In this document: positions 19,023-28,356 of the stretch, one piece after another | Layout: each line of letters opens with the position of its first letter | Position numbering within the stretch: position 1 is the stretch's first letter | Assembly: GCA_027491415.1 (NCBI GenBank) | Contig: JAOZFH010000002.1 | Span: 1 to 51,652 of the forward strand | DNA length: 51,652 nucleotides | Reading direction: 5' to 3' | From: Thermoproteota archaeon | GTDB taxonomy: Archaea; Korarchaeota; Korarchaeia; Korarchaeales; Korarchaeaceae | Notes under the pieces: generated by a model | What the model saw: only the letters and a program-made list of their open reading frames with translations | What the model was told of the DNA's origin: nothing | The model's database searches: none | Made by a program: the position numbers and the translations under genes

Positions 19023-19682
19023 TTGCCTGAAGGTCCTCCGCCTACGGACTGTCGCGCCTTAAAGAGAGGGCGGGCCGGACATCAGGCTTTGCCCGGTCGA
19101 GGAGTCGTTGAGGTCGTATCGGTGGCGCTGTCTCCCGCCACCATGGGCGCCGTCGCGGCGGTCGCCCTCGCCAGCGGGGGCTGGTCCGAGCTGGCGGTGG
19201 CCCCCGCGCTCGGGTTCCTGATGGGCGTGGCCTTCCTAAGCATCCTCCCAATGGCCCCAATCGCGGTCGAAGGCGGCGTTTACGGCCTGATGAGTCAGAG
19301 GCTCGAGAGCGAGGAGAAGAGGATCGCGGTTCTAACGTGGTCGGCCCCAGTCTACGCCGGGGGGTCCGTCGCGTTCGTTGCGGTGGGTTGGGACAGCATG
19401 GCGTACCTCGCGGCGTGCTACGCCGTAGCCTCTGCCATGCTGGCGGCGATCACGCTGAGGCTCAGGGTCAGCCTCCACGCCGCCGGAGTCTCGCTCCCCG
19501 CCGTCGCCCTCGCCCTGACGAGGGGCCTCCCCTGGTCCGCGCTCCTTCTCCTCCTCCCGGTAGTCGCCTGGGCAAGGATCAGGGCGGGCGTCCACACGCC
19601 CCGTCAGGTGGCGGTAGGCGCCGTGGCCGGGGGACTCGTCCCGCTGGCCCTATGGCTCCTCCTACTCAGACCTCACCCTTGA
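19023..19682 (+). CDS. PAP2-like membrane protein (start uncertain)
   Basis: Several TM helices; RVSLHAAG and WARIRAGVHTPRQV motifs. Confidence 0.65.
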   Translation: MPEGPPPTDCRALKRGRAGHQALPGRGVVEVVSVALSPATMGAVAAVALASGGWSELAVAPALGFLMGVAFLSILPMAPIAVEGGVYGLMSQRLESEEKRIAVLTWSAPVYAGGSVAFVAVGWDSMAYLAACYAVASAMLAAITLRLRVSLHAAGVSLPAVALALTRGLPWSALLLLLPVVAWARIRAGVHTPRQVAVGAVAGGLVPLALWLLLLRPHP

Positions 19683-20747
19683 GACGTAGGCGCAGGCGAG
19701 CAGCACGCCTAGAACGAGCGGGTCAAGTCCCGTCTCAACCGCCACCGTGAGGTACGCCAGCGCGAGCGCGCCGGACGATCCCTCACCCGAGTCCCTTAGG
19801 GCTACCCCTACGGCCAGGGCCTCCAGCGGAGCCAAGAGGCCGAAGTCTCCCACGGGTTGGCCCATGATGAAGTAGGTGTACCTGGTGGCTCCCCTGCCGA
19901 ACAGCCTCGCCACCTCCCGTCGGGGGTCTGTGGAGACCAGCAGGCTCCCGTGGAACAGACCCCAGGGGAGGCTGTTCAGGGCGATAGTCTCGTACACCCA
20001 GTAGGTAAAGGAGGCCCTGCTTACCACGCCGAGGGGGTCCGGCTTCCCTGTCATCCCCCTCATCGCGCCCAATGCCGCGCCCCCAACCGCCACCACGGCC
20101 GCAAACGTGAGGAGCCTCTTCCAGCTGCCTGAACTCCCGCGCGGGGCCGCCCAAGCCAGGGCAGGGAGGGTCGCGTACGATCGGAACCCCGTAAGGAGCC
20201 CCAAGGCTGAGGAGGTTGCCGCCAGCGGGGCGCTACCGGATAGGACAGTGGCAGAGGTAAGGAGGAGCGTGGCCAGTCCAAACACCCGAGAAACGTCTCC
20301 CGCTCGACTAGCGCCCTCTTGTATTAGTGGAAGCCCAAAGACGACGGCCCCCGCCGAGTAGACAACTAATCCGGCAGCCAAGGCCAAGAGGGCGTTTGAG
20401 GGAGATCGGGTCCTGGCCGACCTGATCCTCTCCTCCAGAGGTCTTCTGACGGCCGCGAAGGCCAAGGTCAGGAGGGTCACGAGCGCAAGGCCCGCGGGGG
20501 ATCTGCCAAGCGTCCCCAGGGCCAGGAGCGAGATCGCCGCGGCGTAGGTCCAGCCGGGAGGTGAGGGCACCAGCGCGTAGCCGGCGGCCAGCGCGGCCCA
20601 CCCCGCCAGAGCCAGCAGGAGGGGGAGGGGCTCCAGCGGACGCCCTCTGAGGGCAGCCCCGAGGGAGGCCAGGGCTAGATATCCGAAGAAGAGGAGGGAG
20701 AGGAGGGTCAGGGAGTTGGGGCGTATCGATTCCCCCCTCCCGAGCAT
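19662..20747 (-). CDS. DUF70 / oligosaccharide repeat unit polymerase-like membrane protein
   Basis: Multi-TM protein with GFRS, RASFTYWVY and TYFIMGQPVGDFG. Confidence 0.55.
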   Translation of the reverse strand: MLGRGESIRPNSLTLLSLLFFGYLALASLGAALRGRPLEPLPLLLALAGWAALAAGYALVPSPPGWTYAAAISLLALGTLGRSPAGLALVTLLTLAFAAVRRPLEERIRSARTRSPSNALLALAAGLVVYSAGAVVFGLPLIQEGASRAGDVSRVFGLATLLLTSATVLSGSAPLAATSSALGLLTGFRSYATLPALAWAAPRGSSGSWKRLLTFAAVVAVGGAALGAMRGMTGKPDPLGVVSRASFTYWVYETIALNSLPWGLFHGSLLVSTDPRREVARLFGRGATRYTYFIMGQPVGDFGLLAPLEALAVGVALRDSGEGSSGALALAYLTVAVETGLDPLVLGVLLACAYVSRVRSE

Positions 20748-20785
20748 CCGCCCACCTCTCCCGCCTTTGGCGCCACGGGCCCGGC

Positions 20786-21856
20786 CTACAGCCTTATGGC
20801 CAGGGTCAGCTCGGGGGATGCGTAGACCTTGATCGACTTTCCGACGGGCACCTCCTCGTCCGGGTCGACCTCTATGACGAAGGGCGCGTCCCCGGCCCTG
20901 GCCTGGACCCTCAGGGAGTTCCCCAGGAAGGACACGTGGTAGACCTCCACCTCGAACTCGTTCGAGTCCCTTGTCTCTGGGGCCAGCTCGAACGACTCGG
21001 GCCTTACCATGACCAAGACTCTGTCACCCACATCTGGATTGGCCTCGGGGTGCGATGGAACTGCCAGAACCTCCTTCTCGATGGCCTCCAGCCTCACTTT
21101 CAGCCTCTCCCCATCCTTCGCGACGACCTCCCCGTAGAGGAACGTGCCCTGCCCGATGAACCTCGCCACGAACTCGTTCTTCGGGTGCTTGTAGATCTCC
21201 TGCGGGGTACCGATCTGCATGACCCTGCCCTGGTTCATGACCGCGATCCTGTCGGAGATGCTCATGGCCTCCTCCTGGTCGTGGGTGACGTAGAGCGTCG
21301 TTATCCCGAGCTCCCTCTGGAGCCTCTTCAGCTCGGCCCTCATCTCTATCCTGAGCTTGGCGTCGAGGTTGCTGAGGGGCTCGTCGAACAGCAGCACCTT
21401 CGGGTTGATGACTATGGCCCTCGCCAGCGCGACCCTCTGCTGCTGCCCGCCTGAAAGCTGGTGTGGCGTCCTGTTCTCCATCCCCTCGAGCTTGACGAGC
21501 TTGAGGACCTCCATCACCCTCTTCCTGATCTCCTCCTTCTTGTACCCCCTGATCTTGAGTCCGTAGGCGATGTTGTCGAAGACGTTCATGTGGGGCCACA
21601 GTGCGTAGTTCTGGAACACCATCCCCGTGTCCCTCTTGTGGGGCGGGACCTCGGTGACCTCCTGATCGTCGAAGTAGACCTTCCCCTCGTCCGGGAGCTC
21701 AAGCCCGGCTATGCAGCGGAGGAAGGTGGTCTTGCCGCATCCGCTGGGGCCCAGCAGCGTGAAGAACTCGCCGTGCTGGATCTCGAGGCTGACGTGGTCG
21801 ACCGCCACGACCTCCCCGAAGCGCTTCGTAAGATCGACGGTCCGTATCTTTACCAT
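20786..21856 (-). CDS. ABC transporter ATPase (FbpC/PotA type)
   Basis: GPSGCGKTT, VFQNYALWPH, LSGGQQQRVALARA, DEPLSNLDAKLR, TOBE-like tail. Confidence 0.93.
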   Translation of the reverse strand: MVKIRTVDLTKRFGEVVAVDHVSLEIQHGEFFTLLGPSGCGKTTFLRCIAGLELPDEGKVYFDDQEVTEVPPHKRDTGMVFQNYALWPHMNVFDNIAYGLKIRGYKKEEIRKRVMEVLKLVKLEGMENRTPHQLSGGQQQRVALARAIVINPKVLLFDEPLSNLDAKLRIEMRAELKRLQRELGITTLYVTHDQEEAMSISDRIAVMNQGRVMQIGTPQEIYKHPKNEFVARFIGQGTFLYGEVVAKDGERLKVRLEAIEKEVLAVPSHPEANPDVGDRVLVMVRPESFELAPETRDSNEFEVEVYHVSFLGNSLRVQARAGDAPFVIEVDPDEEVPVGKSIKVYASPELTLAIRL

Positions 21857-21866
21857 GCGATCACCC

Positions 21867-23762
21867 TCAGACTCCTATCAGGGCCGTCGCCCGCTTCCTC
21901 AGCAATAAGTTTGCACCGACTATGAAGACGAACTGCAGGCCCATGAGCATGAAGCCCATCGCCGCGGGCTGGGCCAGGCCGCCGGCCAGGCCGTGGAACA
22001 GCATGTCGTACATCTTCCATGTCATGGGGGCGTCCCTGTGGTTCGCGTCTCCCACCACTATCCCGGTGCTGACCTCGGACATGGAGTAGATGAAGGACAG
22101 CATCCCGCCGGCGAGGACGTTGAGCGCGATCAGCGGCAGGATTATTGTGAAGAAGGTCCTTGTCCTGCTGGCCCCCACGGTCCACGCGACCTCGTCCAGG
22201 GCCTTGTCTGTCTGCTCCAGCCCCGAGAACACCGATCGAACGGTGAACGGGATCTTCCTGACCGTGTATGAGGCTATGAGGAGCGGCGCCCCGCTTATGG
22301 TCGGGCTGAGGGGCGTCCCGAGGTACGTGAGGAAGAGGCCCGTCGCCACCGCAATGCCCGGGACCGCTATGGGCAGAGTTACGAGCAGGTCCAGGGCCTC
22401 TATGCCGGGCACCCCCTTCTTCCTGGACACCAGGTAGGCCGCGCTCACGCCGAGGATCACCATGAACACCGTGGCTATCCCAGAGTAGACCAGGCTGTTC
22501 ACTATGCTTCTCCTGGCCTGCTCGTCTGCCAAGACGGCCTTGAAGTTGTTCAGCGTGTAGCTCTCGGGCAGGATCGTGGTACCCCACTCCTTGGAGAACG
22601 CGAGGAGCGTCACCCCGATGTGCGGCAGGGTGGCAAAGAAGAGAACGGCGAAGACGAACACGTAGACGAGCACGACGGTCTTGTTGGACAGCCTCCGCCT
22701 CCTGGGCCTCCATATCCCTCCCTTGCCGAGCATGGCGTACCGCCTGAGGCTCACGTACCTCCTGACGGCCACGAACACGACCGCCGATATGACCAGGAGT
22801 ATGAGCGCCAGCGTAGTGGCCTCCTGCGAGATCAGCCCGGCTGGGGTGAATATCCTGTTGAATATCTGGAAGGTAAGGACCTTCTCGGCGACGGTCCCCT
22901 TGAACACTATCGGGGTGCCCAGGTCCTCCAGTGCCAGGATAAAGACCAGGAGGGCGCCGGCCTCGACTCCTGGGGTCGCCAGCGGGAGAGTTATCGTCCT
23001 GAAGAGGCGGAACCCGCTCGCCCCCATGTTTATTGCCTGCTCCTCGAGCGAGGGATCAAGGCTTATCAGGGCCGTGTAGGCGTTCAGCATGACTATCGGG
23101 TAGAATATGAGGGTCTGGACCATTATCACGGCCGGCAGGCCGGTGATCTCTACCTTGAAGGGGATCACCCGCAGGATGTCGTGGAACAGGACGTTGAGCA
23201 CCCCGTCGGAGACTATCATCCTCTTGAGCCCGATGGCGCCGACGAAGGGGGTGGAGAGGAGCGGTATGAGGGAGATTATCCTGAGGGCCTCGGCCCCGGG
23301 AAACTTGTACTTGGCGAAGATGAAGGCCAGCGTGAATCCCAAGACCGTGGAGAGGATTGCCGTCGAGGTGGCGACGACCAGCGAGTTCACCAGGACGCCG
23401 AAGTCCCACCCGGTTATGTAGATGATCTTGACGACCTCTCCCGTGGGCCTGGTGTACTCCACGACGTGGTAGAGGCTGCCCCTGACTCCCTCCATGGAGA
23501 TGAATGGGAAGTCGCTCGTCAGGTGGACCCTCAGGGGGAAGTAGTAGTCGTCAGTCAGTACGAGCTTCAGGGAGTCGAGCGTGAACCCGCCGGAGGTGTA
23601 GAACGACCGGACGATGACCATCCCCAGCGGGATCAGCATGAAGGCGGCGAACGCCGCAAGGACTATGAAGAGCTGGCTCCACGAGAAGGGGTCCATCTCC
23701 CACTTGAGCCTTCTCAACGACCTCTTCAGCCTCTCCTCCAGCCCCTCGGCCCGAGAACCCAT
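21867..23762 (-). CDS. ABC transporter permease (FbpB/AfuB type, duplicated domain)
   Basis: Two EAA loops (SLEEQAINMGA and LDEVAWTVGA) and many TM helices. Confidence 0.9.
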   Translation of the reverse strand: MGSRAEGLEERLKRSLRRLKWEMDPFSWSQLFIVLAAFAAFMLIPLGMVIVRSFYTSGGFTLDSLKLVLTDDYYFPLRVHLTSDFPFISMEGVRGSLYHVVEYTRPTGEVVKIIYITGWDFGVLVNSLVVATSTAILSTVLGFTLAFIFAKYKFPGAEALRIISLIPLLSTPFVGAIGLKRMIVSDGVLNVLFHDILRVIPFKVEITGLPAVIMVQTLIFYPIVMLNAYTALISLDPSLEEQAINMGASGFRLFRTITLPLATPGVEAGALLVFILALEDLGTPIVFKGTVAEKVLTFQIFNRIFTPAGLISQEATTLALILLVISAVVFVAVRRYVSLRRYAMLGKGGIWRPRRRRLSNKTVVLVYVFVFAVLFFATLPHIGVTLLAFSKEWGTTILPESYTLNNFKAVLADEQARRSIVNSLVYSGIATVFMVILGVSAAYLVSRKKGVPGIEALDLLVTLPIAVPGIAVATGLFLTYLGTPLSPTISGAPLLIASYTVRKIPFTVRSVFSGLEQTDKALDEVAWTVGASRTRTFFTIILPLIALNVLAGGMLSFIYSMSEVSTGIVVGDANHRDAPMTWKMYDMLFHGLAGGLAQPAAMGFMLMGLQFVFIVGANLLLRKRATALIGV

Positions 23763-23835
23763 CGCATCACCACCGGCTTGAGTCCAAAAAGGACCGCGTC
23801 GTGAGGAATAAAAAGAGGGTGAGGGTGAGTCCGGC

Positions 23836-25242
23836 TCACGGCTCGGGTATCTGCTCGTAGATCGCCTCGTACCTCTGGAGGGCCGCGTCCCTCCAGACGG
23901 CCTGCATCTGGGAGGCGAACGCCGGATCGGTCTTCATGCGCTCGTTGATCTGCTTGGCGAACTCCAGCGTGAAGGTCATCTGCTGCCCTTTCTCCTCCCA
24001 GGACAGCGGCTTTCCTAACTCGTGAGCGAACTGCTCGAACTGCTCCTCAGTGATCTTCCCTGCCTCGTAGGCGTCGACCAGCTTCTTCCAGACCCTGACG
24101 AGCTCGTCGTGCCTGTCGCACAGCACCGCGTCGAAGTAGTAGGCGACGGAGAAGTACACCTGGCCGGCGAGGCCCTCGTCGAACTCAATCGTCTGGAGGT
24201 TGATGGTCTCGTTGAACTTCTCGTAGAGGTCGGTCCTCTGCCTGCCCTCCGGGGTCTGGAACACCTTCGGAGATATCGGGAGCCTGTTCACCTTGGGGTC
24301 GAGCCAGATCTTCTGGCCATCGGTGAGCACCCACCTTATGAAGGCCTGTGCGGCCTCCGGGTGCTCGGACGTGGCGCAGAGCGCTATCGGATCGCCGTTG
24401 ACGATGCTGTTGGGCGGGGTCACGTAGACGAAGTCTGGAGACTTGGTCTGCAGCTCGTAGCCGTAGAAGTCTATCATGATCCCTATGGGAACCTCCCCCG
24501 TCTGGACGGCGAACTGGGCCTCCACAGACCCGCCGTAGGGTCTTCCGTTGGCGGCGAGCCTGGTGAGCAGCACCCAGCCGTCCTCCCAGCCGTAGGCCTG
24601 CAGGATGATCTGATAGATCCTGGAGTGGGAGGTCGAGGTGGTGGACCTCGCGAAGGATATCGCGGGCATCGGGAGCATCTTGGCGTACACGGGGCTGGCC
24701 AGGTCGTCCCACGTCGCGGGCTCGGGCAGCCCCCTCTCGGCGAGCTGCTTCTTGTTGTAGGTGAATCCGAAGGACGAGATGGCGGCCGCGACCCAGGTGA
24801 CCTGACCGTCGTCGTACCTCTTCATGGCGGACCCGCTTATCGTGTCTGGGATCTCTGAGATCACTTGTAGGAGCTCCGGGTCGGTCATCGGCTGCAGGAG
24901 TCCCTTGTCGGCCAGGTCGTTGAAGACGGTGGGGCCCCCGCCCCACGCCACGTCGATCTTCTCCTTCTTGATCACATCCGGCCACAGGGCCGCGTTCGGG
25001 CCGTAGAAGCGAATGTCGACTATGTTGTACTGCTTGGCCAGGTCGGACTTGAGGAATTCCTCCTTAGTCAGCAGCCAAATGGTGCTGGCGTGCCTGGTTA
25101 TCACCTTCAGGGTGATACCCTGCTTGGACGGTCCGGCGGTCGGGGTGGGCCCGGCGCCTCCCCCTCCCCTCGTGAGGAAGAGGGCTGCGCCTATAAGTAC
25201 GATGACGACCGCCAGGATGGCCACTAAGTACTTGGCTCCCAA
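23836..25242 (-). CDS. ABC transporter substrate-binding protein (AfuA/FbpA type)
   Basis: TM anchor, IDVAWGGGP, PATWDDL, DFYG, DPIA, AQAFIRWVL. Confidence 0.88.
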   Translation of the reverse strand: MGAKYLVAILAVVIVLIGAALFLTRGGGGAGPTPTAGPSKQGITLKVITRHASTIWLLTKEEFLKSDLAKQYNIVDIRFYGPNAALWPDVIKKEKIDVAWGGGPTVFNDLADKGLLQPMTDPELLQVISEIPDTISGSAMKRYDDGQVTWVAAAISSFGFTYNKKQLAERGLPEPATWDDLASPVYAKMLPMPAISFARSTTSTSHSRIYQIILQAYGWEDGWVLLTRLAANGRPYGGSVEAQFAVQTGEVPIGIMIDFYGYELQTKSPDFVYVTPPNSIVNGDPIALCATSEHPEAAQAFIRWVLTDGQKIWLDPKVNRLPISPKVFQTPEGRQRTDLYEKFNETINLQTIEFDEGLAGQVYFSVAYYFDAVLCDRHDELVRVWKKLVDAYEAGKITEEQFEQFAHELGKPLSWEEKGQQMTFTLEFAKQINERMKTDPAFASQMQAVWRDAALQRYEAIYEQIPEP

Positions 25243-25395
25243 GACTCACCACCCCGCAGACGAGGATCAGCTGCACGCCTCCACTATAAAGGCGCCCTTC
25301 CGGGTCTCTCTGGGAGGGGCCCTTTCGACCTACCCGCACGCTCGGGAGACCTGAAAAGGAACAGCGAGTAGAAAGAAAATAGGAGGGGGAGGCCC

Positions 25396-26418
25396 TCACT
25401 TCTTCTTGAGGGCCAGCGCGGCGCCGACGATGATCACGATCACCACGACGGCGATCGCTATGTAGGTCATCGGGATGGCCGGGCCGGCGCTCTCCTCGGT
25501 GAGTCCCCAGGCGAAGGCGTTCTTGGCGAAGGTGGCTCCCTGGAGCTCGACGCCGTGGTACTCAGGGGTGATGATAACCCTGTCTCCGAGCAGGGACTCT
25601 CCGGTGACGATTACCTTGCTGTACTTGTTGCCGACCTTGATCTTCTCGGCGGCGGCCTCGACGAACTGGCCGGTCTCGCCGACCGCGTGCGCCTTCGGGT
25701 CGACGCCGTCGTGGCTCACCACGGTGCCGCTGGGCGAGGAGCGGTAGAGCCACGTCACGGTCTCGCCGTTGTCCACCTCACTGAACGGTACGAACTGACC
25801 GTTCTTGCATCCGACGACAAAGGTCGGGCCGTGGAACAGGACCTTGGGAGCGCCGGCTGTTATCTGAGCGGCCCAGCCCTGCGTGTTGGCCTCGTAGCTG
25901 ATGACCCTGTAGCCCGCGCCGGCGTTGGACTCGGGGTCCTCGAGGCTGCCGTACTCAAGCCTCAGGCTGGAGCCGATGGCCTCGAGGATCTTGTTGGGCT
26001 CACCGGCCTTGAAGGAGGTGTCCTCGGGGTTCAGGTAGGGCTCAACGTAGTCGGAGTCTGCCCCCACCCACAGGAACTTGCCTCCCTCCTTGAACCAGTT
26101 GGCTATGGCCTGAACCTCGGCGGAGGAGAAGCCGCTGTCGTAGTCCTTCATCTTGCCGATGACTAGGGCGTCGACTCCCTCGAGAGCTGCCGGGGTTATC
26201 TCGGTAAGTTCCTTCACCTGATAGCCCGCGGAGGTCAGCAGGTCCTTCAGGGCCTGGAGGTTCTTCTGCCCCCACTCGCTGTCTAGGTCCTTGACCCTGC
26301 CTGGGGTGAGGTCCAGCGCGACGACCTTCTGATCCTGGGCGGACACGCTGGTGCCGAACCACACACCCACGGAGAGTGCGAAGAGGGCCACCAAAGCCAG
26401 AGCAAGCAGCTTCTTCAT
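25396..26418 (-). CDS. Secreted, C-terminally anchored protein with a GATase-like (DUF4350-like) domain
   Basis: Signal peptide, EVQAIANWFKEGGKFLWVGADSD, C-terminal TM helix plus KKK. Confidence 0.6.
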   Translation of the reverse strand: MKKLLALALVALFALSVGVWFGTSVSAQDQKVVALDLTPGRVKDLDSEWGQKNLQALKDLLTSAGYQVKELTEITPAALEGVDALVIGKMKDYDSGFSSAEVQAIANWFKEGGKFLWVGADSDYVEPYLNPEDTSFKAGEPNKILEAIGSSLRLEYGSLEDPESNAGAGYRVISYEANTQGWAAQITAGAPKVLFHGPTFVVGCKNGQFVPFSEVDNGETVTWLYRSSPSGTVVSHDGVDPKAHAVGETGQFVEAAAEKIKVGNKYSKVIVTGESLLGDRVIITPEYHGVELQGATFAKNAFAWGLTEESAGPAIPMTYIAIAVVVIVIIVGAALALKKK

Positions 26419-26610
26419 TGTGCCCTCACTGAGGGGGGTCTGACCAGCGACTGCTATTAATGTTTGGCTGGAGGCATTGCAGGTCCGTAGCTAATTTCCA
26501 TTAGAAGTAAGGTGCCGGATTGTCTTACGAACCTATTGGGCGTTTCGAATAAAAAAATCTCAAAAAGCCGAGGGCTCAGCCGCTGATTTTCGACTCTCGC
26601 CTTTTCCAGT

Positions 26611-28356
26611 TTAGCGCCTCAACTTATAGGCGACAGCCATAGCAGCCGCCGCCAGAATCGCCACGCCGATCATCCAGATCGGGAAGTGAGCCTTCTCTGC
26701 CCCTGTCTCGCCCGTCGGTCCGGTGGGCGATTCCCAGCTGATCACCTTCTCCACGGTGGTCGCCCTGCCAGACAGGTCGACGGCCTCCACCCTGAAGCTG
26801 GCCTGACCCACCTCCCGGGGCACCTGTGTGGTCGCGAGGAAGGTGTCCTCGTCGAGCCTGAGGAGTTCCACCTCTTGCCAGCTCTGACCGTCGGTTGACA
26901 CCCGAAGTCTGACGTCTGAGACCCCCGAGACGTCGTCTCTGACCGTCAGGTTGACTCGAATGACCACCGTGCCGCCCACCTTCGGCTCAGCCTGGAACTC
27001 GACCGCCGGAGGGCTTGAGTCCTCCTCTGCCCAGACCTTCACCACCTTATCCTGTCCCGGGGGAACGGTCACGGCCACGTACGCCACACTGTAGCCGAGT
27101 CTGGAATCCCTGATCACCAGAAGGTCCCCTCCCTCGACATCCACGCTGCCGCTACCGCTTATCCGGGCCACCAGCGTTCCGTTGAGCGGCCACGGAGACC
27201 TGTTGATCACCCTGGCCGAGAAGCCCCCGGCGCTCCCGTCGTTGACCTGGTAGTGCTCCACCTCGAACCAGTTCAGCGGGATCGGTTTCTCCACACCTCC
27301 GAGCCACCTCAGGCTGCCGTCCGGCTCGATCGTGAAGATCCTGTACCCGGGTACGGCCTTCTCGGCCGCCTTCTCCACCTCTCCGTAGGAGTTGGGATTC
27401 GTCACCATCAGTATTGGCTCCGTATAGACGTAGTTCTCGTGCATGTGCCCAGAGAGAGCAGCCGTCACGCCCCGCTCGGCCATCAGCTGGATCACGGTGT
27501 CAGAGTCGGCCCCGGACACGGCCTCTAGGTTCCAGGGCGGGTGGTGGAACAGCACTATCTTCACGGTCGCGTTGGTGGCCGACAGGTCCCGATCGAGCCA
27601 AGAGATCTGGTCAACGCTCAGTTTGCCCTCAAGTGATCCCGGACCAGTATCCACGCTCACGACGTGTACCTCTGGCCCGATGTCGAGGCTTAGATTGGAT
27701 GGGGCCAGGTACACGACGAAGGGCGCGCCCTTGATCGAGTGGTCGTGGTTTCCGGGTATCAGGACGATGGGGACGTCGAACGCGGGCATCAGCCTGCGGA
27801 GTCCCTGAAATATGACCTCGTGGGGGTTGTTGCACACGTCGCCCGTGTGGATCACGAAGTCCGGCCTGAGGAAGTTGATCAGCCAGATGTCTCTAACGAA
27901 CTGGGCCGCCTGGTGGAGTTGTCCGGGCCTGTTGTCGTAGTGGGTGTCGGAGATCCAGAAGACCGTGAAGGGAGGGTCGGAGTCCTCCAGCACCGCCACC
28001 GAGTTTGGCTCGCGCCTCGCCTCGCCGCCCTCCAGCTCCACGACGAGGTCGTACAGCCCGGGAGGCGCCTCCGGCGGCAAAGCCGCCTCGACCTCGGTCT
28101 TTCCGTCGGCGGCCGTGGTCTCCTCGACGGACAGCTCGTACTCCCCAAACTCGTTCTCTATCCTCACGGCGCCGACCGAGACCTCACCGACGAGCTTGAT
28201 CCTTATCCCGCTCCCCGGAGCGGTGAATGCAGGGAAGCCGATTCTCGGGAACTCGATGCCGGAGAGTGGCGACTCGCCCGATGCGACGACATAAACAGAT
28301 GCAGCGGATACGGTGAGAGAGAGGAGGAGGGCGGCTGCCCCGCTCCTCCAGCTCAC
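26611..28356 (-). CDS. Secreted, membrane-anchored calcineurin-like metallophosphoesterase
   Basis: SDTH, HTGD, PGNHD, FHHP, SGHMH; signal peptide and C-terminal TM helix with a basic tail. Confidence 0.88.
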   Translation of the reverse strand: MSWRSGAAALLLSLTVSAASVYVVASGESPLSGIEFPRIGFPAFTAPGSGIRIKLVGEVSVGAVRIENEFGEYELSVEETTAADGKTEVEAALPPEAPPGLYDLVVELEGGEARREPNSVAVLEDSDPPFTVFWISDTHYDNRPGQLHQAAQFVRDIWLINFLRPDFVIHTGDVCNNPHEVIFQGLRRLMPAFDVPIVLIPGNHDHSIKGAPFVVYLAPSNLSLDIGPEVHVVSVDTGPGSLEGKLSVDQISWLDRDLSATNATVKIVLFHHPPWNLEAVSGADSDTVIQLMAERGVTAALSGHMHENYVYTEPILMVTNPNSYGEVEKAAEKAVPGYRIFTIEPDGSLRWLGGVEKPIPLNWFEVEHYQVNDGSAGGFSARVINRSPWPLNGTLVARISGSGSVDVEGGDLLVIRDSRLGYSVAYVAVTVPPGQDKVVKVWAEEDSSPPAVEFQAEPKVGGTVVIRVNLTVRDDVSGVSDVRLRVSTDGQSWQEVELLRLDEDTFLATTQVPREVGQASFRVEAVDLSGRATTVEKVISWESPTGPTGETGAEKAHFPIWMIGVAILAAAAMAVAYKLRR